Made by a program: the position numbers and the translations under genes
Part shown: one piece after another, positions 56,709-64,000 of the stretch
How positions within the stretch are numbered: the first letter of the stretch is position 1
Layout of the letters: the number at the start of each line of letters is the position of its first letter
Notes under the pieces: model-generated
The model's input: the letters and a program-made list of their open reading frames with translations, nothing else
What the model was told of the DNA's origin: nothing
The model's database searches: none
Source: Eledone cirrhosa
Taxonomy: Eukaryota
Reading direction: 5' to 3'
NCBI GenBank assembly: GCA_964016885.1
Contig: CAXHJY010001327.1
Location: 277,421-341,420, forward strand
DNA length: 64,000 nt

Positions 56709-56822
56709 CTTTCGACATTTTTCTAAATGATACACCATCCTCCTGCTCTGTACCCTGTGAACAGGGTCATATGGGCACACCTCATAATCATCAGGATCAG
56801 CAATGGGTATAGAGGAAGACAT
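56709..56822 (-). CDS. GTSF1: GTSF1-like gene, coding exon 1, first CHHC zinc finger (MSSSIPIADPDDYEVCPYDPVHRVQSRRMVYHLEKCRK)
   Basis: ATG at 56822, donor AAG|GTAAGT, 114 nt phase 0. CPYD-x2-H-x9-H-x3-CRK is the hallmark N-terminal finger of GTSF1/Cue110/Asterix. Confidence 0.93.
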
Positions 56823-57305
56823 GAACTCTATATATATGTATATATATATATATGTGTGTGTGTGTTTATATATATATATAATTATAACTGTAAATGAACA
56901 AAAGAAAACATACTTAATAAAGGTGGAGATGGATTGAATGACATACAGAAACTTCTCAAAGGATTAAAATTGACTTCTTAGTTTGGAGAAGGAAAACAAA
57001 AAATTTGCAGCAACTGTTAGTAACTTTCGTAGAAAAGAAGAGATAATTTTGAGAAACTAAGAATTAATTTCACAGAAATATTTTGCCTTTCATCTTTACG
57101 AGGTAGATAAACTAGAAGTTCAATATTGAGCATGGCAAATATATACATACATACCAGGTCTGAAATATTCATACTTAAAGGAAAATCAATCTTTGATGGC
57201 AAGAACAGTGACAGCCATGGGCATGTTTCAGTTTGATTAGACCTTATCAGCTAAGCATAGTCATTTTGACCTTAGATTTGATTAACTTGGACTATAAGAA
57301 TAGTA

Positions 57306-57887
57306 CAGGGTTATTAAAAAAGAATGAACCGATTTCATTACGCAATATTTTAATAGGGAAAAGCAATAGAAAACCCCAGCTAAGTCACAAGTATTCTACT
57401 GACAATCAACTTTTATTTCCTGTCTTACAAGTGTTCAATGTGGTCACCACCTGCAGCACGGGCAACATCAATGCAATAAGAGAATTCCTCCCAGACGCGA
57501 ATCAGCACTGAGTCACGATCCACTGAGTTGATCGCTGTTGTTATTCCATGATTAAGGTCATTGAGGTTAGTGGGTTGCGGTGGATAATAAACGCGATCTT
57601 TTACATATCCCCCACAAGAAAAAAAAATCACACACGGTGAGGTCTGGGGATCCCGCAGGCCAAGCACAAAGAGCACGCAGAACGCCTTTTGCTGAGGACT
57701 CGCCATTCTGAGGGTAAACAAACAACTGAACGTTGCTGGAGAAATGCCACGACTACAGCCCCCCTGTGGCAGTCATTCAAAACTTAGAAAACGCCTCTTT
57801 CAAATGGTCACTGACTCATTCCATGACGATGCTTGAGAACTGAAGCAATGCGCCATGAAATCGGTTCATTCTTTTTGAATAAGCCTG
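57306..57887 (-). mobile_element. Internally deleted Tc1/mariner-superfamily DNA transposon
   Basis: TA TSDs at 57304-57305 and 57888-57889. ~33-bp TIRs CAGGGTTATTAAAAAAGAATGAACCGATTTCAT / ATGAAATCGGTTCATTCTTTTTGAATAAGCCTG. Transposase N-terminus MASPQQKAFCVL is joined to the C-terminal part WPAGSPDL...GYVKDRVY...GGDHIEHL. Confidence 0.92.
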
Positions 57888-57988
57888 TATATTTGAACAC
57901 ATACAATTTACATCCATCCCGACCTAGGCACAGAGTCTGTCACCGTCTCCCCTTCCCTCTATCTTTCTTCCATTGCCTGTGTCCTTAA

Positions 57989-58193
57989 CTCTTTAGCATT
58001 TAAACCGGCCATATCCAGCCAGAATTCCCTCACCTCTTTCTGTTCAAACCAGCTGTAACTGGCTGCTCATACTGATGTTAAGGTATTGTTCTCAAAATAA
58101 ATAATATCAAAATTTCATAGCTTCGATATTATGTGAGATAAAGCCTTTACCGTGAAAATAGAGTATATATAGAGTAATGTAAATGCTAAAGGG
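57989..58193. mobile_element. piggyBac-type MITE, second copy
   Basis: TTAA|CTCTTTAGCATTTA ... TAAATGCTAAAGGG|TTAA. Confidence 0.87.
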
Positions 58194-58451
58194 TTAATCT
58201 TTCCACCTTTTCCTCTCATTTATGGCATTTATAGTCCTTTCCTTTACTTTCCTACACAGCCAGATATGCCCTTTACCACTTCCTCCCTATTTTCTCATTA
58301 ATTTTTTTTTATATTTCCACCATTGTATAACTTCTGTCTGTAAAATATTATTTACATTCTAGTTAAACCAATAACGTAGATTACTAATCATTTTTGATGT
58401 TTCAAATATTCCATATTTATGAGAAGAAAACAACATAATTAAAAGATTGGA

Positions 58452-58827
58452 CATCATCATCACCGTTTTACGTCCAATCTTCCACGCTAGCATAGGTTAG
58501 AAGGGTTGTCCTATTGTGGTCAGTGTCCGGTCGGCTGACCATGTCTTGCTCATACAGGAACTGATTCTGGCTAGATTTCTACAGCTGGATGCCCTTCCTA
58601 ACACCAACCTCATTTAAAGTGAGTGTTGGGTGCTTTTTTTTCCGTGACGTCTACACATCCACTTTACAGTGTGGACTGGGGGCTTTTTTGCCGTGGCATC
58701 TCCACGATCATTTTGCAGTGGGAGGGGGTGGGGGCATATTGTCTATATGCTTTAGATTCTTTGTTACTGTGGAAAGTCGGGTCCTCTGCATTACTGCACG
58801 ACACCAGAGGTCACGGTCGTGTATCAT
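58452..58827 (-). mobile_element. Diverged RTE 3' fragment (3'UTR plus ORF end)
   Basis: Starts CATCATCATCACCGTTTTACGTCC and is colinear with 26326-26687, with many substitutions. Confidence 0.9.
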
Positions 58828-58874
58828 CATATATATATATAATATGTCTATATATATATATATAATATGTCTAT

Positions 58875-59526
58875 ATTAGAGAGAAACGAAGCCTGCATGC
58901 TCCGATGGATGTGTAACAGTAATATACGTGAACGACAAAGCATAAAGGAATTGAGAGAGAGACTGAGCATAAGAGGAATCAAATGCTGCGTGCAGGAGAG
59001 GCGGTTACGCTGGTATGGACATGTGATGCGTATGAAGGATGACAGCTGCATAAAAAGGTGCAGAGCACTAGAAGTTGATGGAAACCGCGGAGTGGGGAGA
59101 CCCAAGATGACTTGGGATGAGGTGATAAAAGCCGACCTTACCCAACTACACCTCTCAAAGTCAATGACACACGACCGTGACTTCTGGCGTCACGCAGTAA
59201 TACAGGGTACCCGACCTCCCATGGGTACATGCTGAAGCATATAAACAATATGCCCCCCCCCCCCCCACCGCAAGGTGGTCGTGGAGGTGCCACGGCAAAA
59301 AAGCACCCAGCCCACACTGTAAAGTGGACGTGTAGGCGCCACGAAAAAGCACCCAGCACTCACTGTAAATGAGGTTGGTGTTAGGAAGGGCATCCAGCTG
59401 TAGAAATCAAGCCAGATCAGTTCCTGTATGAGCAAGGCATGGTCAGCCGACCAGACACTGCCCACAACAGGACAACCCGTCTAACCCATGCTAGCGTGGA
59501 AGAACGGACGTAAAACAGTGATGATG
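58875..59526 (+). mobile_element. Young 5'-truncated RTE copy (~650 bp)
   Basis: Near-identical to the reverse complement of 26326-26975 (LERNEACMLRW...GTRPPMGTC*), with a (GAT)n tail. TSD ATATAATATGTCTATA at about 58860-58875 and 59527-59542. Confidence 0.95.
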
Positions 59527-59763
59527 ATATAATATGTCTATATATATAATATGTCTATATATATAATATGTCTATATATAATATGTCTCAAATTCACCTC
59601 ATGCTGCCGGACGAGAATGCAAAGACACCTCTTTATTTCGTCCTGTATTTTTAAAGGTTTATATTCCAACAATATTACTTTTTTTTGCTGTACGCATTTT
59701 TCTATCTGGTATATATACTATATATATATATATATGTATATACTATGTATATATATATATATA

Positions 59764-60802
59764 TCATCATCATCGTTTAACGTCCATGTTCCACGCTTGC
59801 ATGGGTTTGGACGGGAGTTTTCCCACTTGAGGCAAGAGTGGTTGTCTTACTCGCATAGGACTGTCTGGCAGGTTTTCTACAGTTGGATGCCCTTCCTAAC
59901 ACCAACCATATTTACAGTGTGGGGCTGGGAGGTTTTTACCTTGTTGCCTACACGGCCAGATTACGGCGTGGACTGTGTGTTTTTTTTTTGTCGTGACACC
60001 TACACGATCTCATTTGTTTCGGCCTGGATGTTGTGGCACCAACATAACTTTACATTGAAAGGGGCGGTGTGGATGGGGTGGGAGTGGTGGGACGGTGGTG
60101 TATTTTGTTAGAGATGCCTACTGACTGTAGTAGGTTTTACTTTGTATTTAGGTAAGGCGGGTCTTCTCTATTACTGAGTACCGCCAAAGGTCTCGGTCCA
60201 GTGACATTGTCTTGGAGAGGTGTAAGTGTGTGAGGTTGGAATTTATCAGCTCGTCCCAGGTTTTTCTGGGTCTGCCTACTCCGTGGCTACCATCTATCTT
60301 TATTGCCCTGCACTTTTCTATAGAGCTGTCGTCTTTCATGCGCATCACGTGACCGTACCAACGTAGCCTTCTCTCGAGTAAACATCTGATCCCTCTTATT
60401 TCTAATTTTTTCCTTAGTTCTTTTATGCTTTGCCGTTCACGTTTATTCCTATTACACATCCAGCGGAGCATGCAAGCTTCGTTTCTCTCTAGTCTGCGTA
60501 TATCCTCTGCACACAATGCCCAAGTCTCACTGCCATGTAACATTGCTGTTCGTATGCAGGCATCATACAGTCTGCCTTTCATTTTTAGAGAGAAACCTTT
60601 AGCGGCTAATAGTGGTATAAGCTCTCTGAACTTTTTCCATCCAGTTCTGACTCTAGCTACTGTACTTTCAGAGCACCCTCCACCACTGCTGATTTTATCG
60701 CCCGGGTAACGGAAGCTGTCCACTATTTCTATAGAACCCTCTGCGCAATTGAAAGAGCTAGTATTTTGTGGGCACTTGCTGCTACTTATTGCACCAGAGC
60801 AC

Positions 60803-60807
<5 letters not shown>
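59764..60807 (-). mobile_element. 5'-truncated RTE of a second subfamily, inserted in (TA)n
   Basis: ORF 60148-60723 (DSFRYPGD...RLRWYGHV...GRPRKTW) is similar to but distinct from the satellite copy, with a different 3'UTR and a (GAT)n tail at 59764. Confidence 0.93.
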
Positions 60808-60842
<35 letters not shown>

Positions 60843-60889
60843 TATGTATATATGTATACTATGTATATATACTATGTATATATATATAC

Positions 60890-60922
<33 letters not shown>

Positions 60923-60958
60923 CTATGTATATATATACATATATATATATATATACAC

Positions 60959-60995
<37 letters not shown>

Positions 60996-61000
60996 CTATG

Positions 61001-61034
<34 letters not shown>

Positions 61035-61218
61035 CATATATATATAGATATAGATAGGTAAATATACACGGGTGTGTATGATTGTGTATAGAAGATTATA
61101 TTAATAAGAGGAATTCCAACTTTGTCTGATTTACTCGTTTTATTTACAATCCTTTAAAATATATATAATGGTATTATAATGAAATAGTATGATAGAATAT
61201 TAAATTCTAAGTGTTAAT

Positions 61219-61257
61219 TGAACAAGTACTTTCATGCTTTAGCAATCTTCAGGTTCA
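61219..61257 (-). ncRNA. Mirror copy of the hammerhead motif in the left arm
   Basis: Exact reverse complement of 61331-61369. Confidence 0.7.
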
Positions 61258-61330
61258 TGATATGTGGTGACAGTCGAGTTTGCAATTTTCAACTGTTGAA
61301 AATTGCAAACTCGACTGTCACCACATATCA

Positions 61331-61369
61331 TGAACCTGAAGATTGCTAAAGCATGAAAGTACTTGTTCA
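61331..61369 (+). ncRNA. Minimal type I hammerhead ribozyme motif
   Basis: TGAAC-CTGAAGA-T-TGC-TAAA-GCA-T-GAAA-GTAC-TT-GTTCA. Stem I is TGAAC/GTTCA, the core boxes are CUGANGA and GAAA, stem III is the palindrome AGTACT, and the NUH site is CUU. The stem II closing pair is an atypical U-U. Confidence 0.7.
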
Positions 61370-61665
61370 ATTAACACTTAGAATTTAATATTCTATCATA
61401 CTATTTCATTATAATACCATTATATATATTTTAAAGGATTGTAAATAAAACGAGTAAATCAGACAAAGTTGGAATTCCTCTTATTAATATACATATATAT
61501 ATACATATATATATACATATATATATACTATGTATATATATATATATATACATATATACATATATATACATATATATATACATATATATATATATACATA
61601 TATATTAGAAAGTGAGGTTTTTTTTACAAAATGAAAAATAACCGAGGTGTCCTACACGAGTGGGA

Positions 61666-61969
61666 GTATAAAGAAAAAGGGATGAAATCGAAAATGCAAC
61701 TGAAGTCTTATTTTTTTTTTAAAATATATATATTTATTTGGTTCCTTTACCGGTTTTGCAGTTCTTCTGCTTTTCAAAAGGTGAGTTGAAATGGAGGGTC
61801 TGTGGTTTTTCTCACATGATGTGAGAAAAACCACAGACCCTCCATCTCAACTCACCTTTTGAAAAGCAGAAGAACTGCAAAACCGGTAAAGGAACCAAAT
61901 AAATATATATATTTTTAAAAAAAATAAGACTTCAGTTGCATTTTCGATTTCATCCCTTTTTCTTTATAC
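61666..61969. repeat. Near-perfect palindrome, ~151-bp arms, centre G61818; probable Penelope-like inverted repeat
   Basis: GTATAAAGAAAAAGG...CTCACAT-G-ATGTGAG...CCTTTTTCTTTATAC, with one substitution and homopolymer length differences. Confidence 0.93.
61855..61892 (+). ncRNA. Decayed minimal hammerhead motif (mirror copy at about 61744-61781, minus strand)
   Basis: CCTT-TTGAAAA-GCAG-AAGAA-CTGC-AAAA-CCGG-TA-AAGG. All three stems are intact (stem III palindrome ACCGGT, GUA site), but the core differs from CTGAAGA/GAAA by three transitions. Confidence 0.5.
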
Positions 61970-63141
61970 ATATATATATATATACTATGTATATATATAT
62001 ACATATACTATATATATATATATACACATATATATATACTATATATATATATATACACATATATATATACTATATATATATATATACACATATATATATA
62101 CTATATATATATATACACATATATATATATTATATATATATATATACATATATATATACATATATATATACTATATATATATATACACATATATATATAC
62201 TATATATATATATACACATACATATATATATATTATATATATATATATACATATATATATACTATATATATATATATATACACATATATATACTATATAT
62301 ATATATATACATATACTATATATATATATACACATATATATATACTATATATATATATATATACACATATATATACTATATATATATATATACATATACT
62401 ATATATATATATACACATATATATATACTATATATATATATACACATACATATATATACTATATATATATATACATATACTATATATATATATACACATA
62501 TATATATACTATATATATATATACACATATATATACTATATATATATATACACATATATATACTATATATATATATACACATATATATACTATATATATA
62601 TATACACATATATATACTATATATATATATATACATATATATATACTATATATATATATATACATATATATATACTATATATATATATACACATATATAT
62701 ATACTATATATATATATACACATATATATACTATATATATATATATATACATATACTATATATATATATACACATATATATACTATATATATATACTATA
62801 TATATATATACACATATATATACTATATATATATATACACATATATATACTATATATATATATATACATATATATATACTATATATATATATACATATAT
62901 ATACTATATATATATATATACATATATATACTATATATATATATATACATATATATATACTATATATATATATATACATATATATACTATATATATATAT
63001 ATACTATATATATATACACATATATATATACTATATATATACACATATATATATACTATATATATATATACACATATATATATACTATATATATATATAC
63101 ACATATATATACTATATATATATATATACATATATATATAC

Positions 63142-63172
<31 letters not shown>

Positions 63173-63282
63173 CTATATATATATATATATATATATATAC
63201 ATACTATATATATACATATATATATATACTATATATATATATACATATATATATATACTATATATATATATACACATATATA

Positions 63283-63317
<35 letters not shown>

Positions 63318-63770
63318 CTATATATATACATATATATATATACTATATATATATACACATATATATACTATATATATATATACACATATATATACTATAT
63401 ATATATATATATATATATATACATACTATATATATACATATATATATACTATATATATATATATACACATATATATACTATATATATATATACACATATA
63501 TATACTATAATATATACTATATATATACACTATATACTATATATATACTATATATACTATATATATATATATACTATATATATATACTATATATACTATA
63601 TATACTATATACTATATATATATATACTATATATACTATATATATATATATATACATATATACTATATATATACTATATATATATATATATATATACTAT
63701 ATATATACTATATATACTATATATACTATATATATATACTATATATATATATATACTATATATATATATA

Positions 63771-63808
<38 letters not shown>

Positions 63809-64000
63809 TATATATATATATACTATATATATATATATACTATATATATATATACTATATATATATATATACTATATATATATACTATATATATATATAC
63901 TATATATATATACTATATATATATACACATATATATATATACAATATATATATACACTATATATATATACACATATATATATACACTATATATATATACA

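Larger units (their letters stand above)
61097..61491. repeat. Perfect palindrome, 197-bp arms with a 1-nt centre (T61294); probable Penelope-like inverted repeat
   Basis: The arms read as exact reverse complements (TATATTAATAAGAGGAATTCC...TTTTCAAC-T-GTTGAAAA...GGAATTCCTCTTATTAATATA). Confidence 0.95.
60808..64000. repeat. Compound (TA)n/TAC/CA low-complexity tract, interrupted by the two palindromic elements
   Basis: Alternating TA with periodic TACTA and CACA interruptions, continuous from 61970 to the window end. Confidence 0.98.

Noticed and set aside
61097-61969. Palindromes as pre-miRNAs, intrinsic terminators or DNA-transposon MITEs
   Set aside because: The arms are too long and perfect for miRNA or terminator hairpins, and the one-sided extensions plus hammerhead/AATAAA content fit Penelope-like repeats better. 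An assembly fold-back cannot be excluded for the perfect one.
60749-63358. Ile/Tyr-rich ORFs up to 410 aa
   Set aside because: Translations of (TA)n low-complexity DNA.

Overview
Eukaryotic, AT-rich animal DNA, most likely an octopus; this is inferred from the SINE families, RTE LINEs with (GAT)n tails and long (TA)n tracts. Positions 1-48.4 kb are a 30/31-bp satellite (consensus GAAATATAGAACTAGTAATGACTGTTACAAT) with nested higher-order repeats. It is interrupted by a young, 5'-truncated, still-open RTE LINE (EN-RT with a PHD finger) and a tRNA-derived SINE, both with target-site duplications. The satellite grades into a 38/42-bp array and then a G-rich 29-bp array, all three carrying TAGAAC. 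At 52.3-56.8 kb on the minus strand is a spliced gene missed by the ORF track. It has two CHHC (U11-48K-type) zinc fingers and an acidic EEDW motif, identifying it as the piRNA-pathway factor GTSF1/Asterix, and it is transcribed towards the satellite. No canonical poly(A) signal follows its last visible exon, so the satellite may lie in an intron or in read-through. Upstream are a deleted Tc1/mariner, piggyBac-type MITEs and RTE fragments. Two long near-perfect palindromes in (TA)n each carry a minimal type I hammerhead ribozyme motif in both arms (one near-canonical, one decayed), typical of Penelope-like element repeats.
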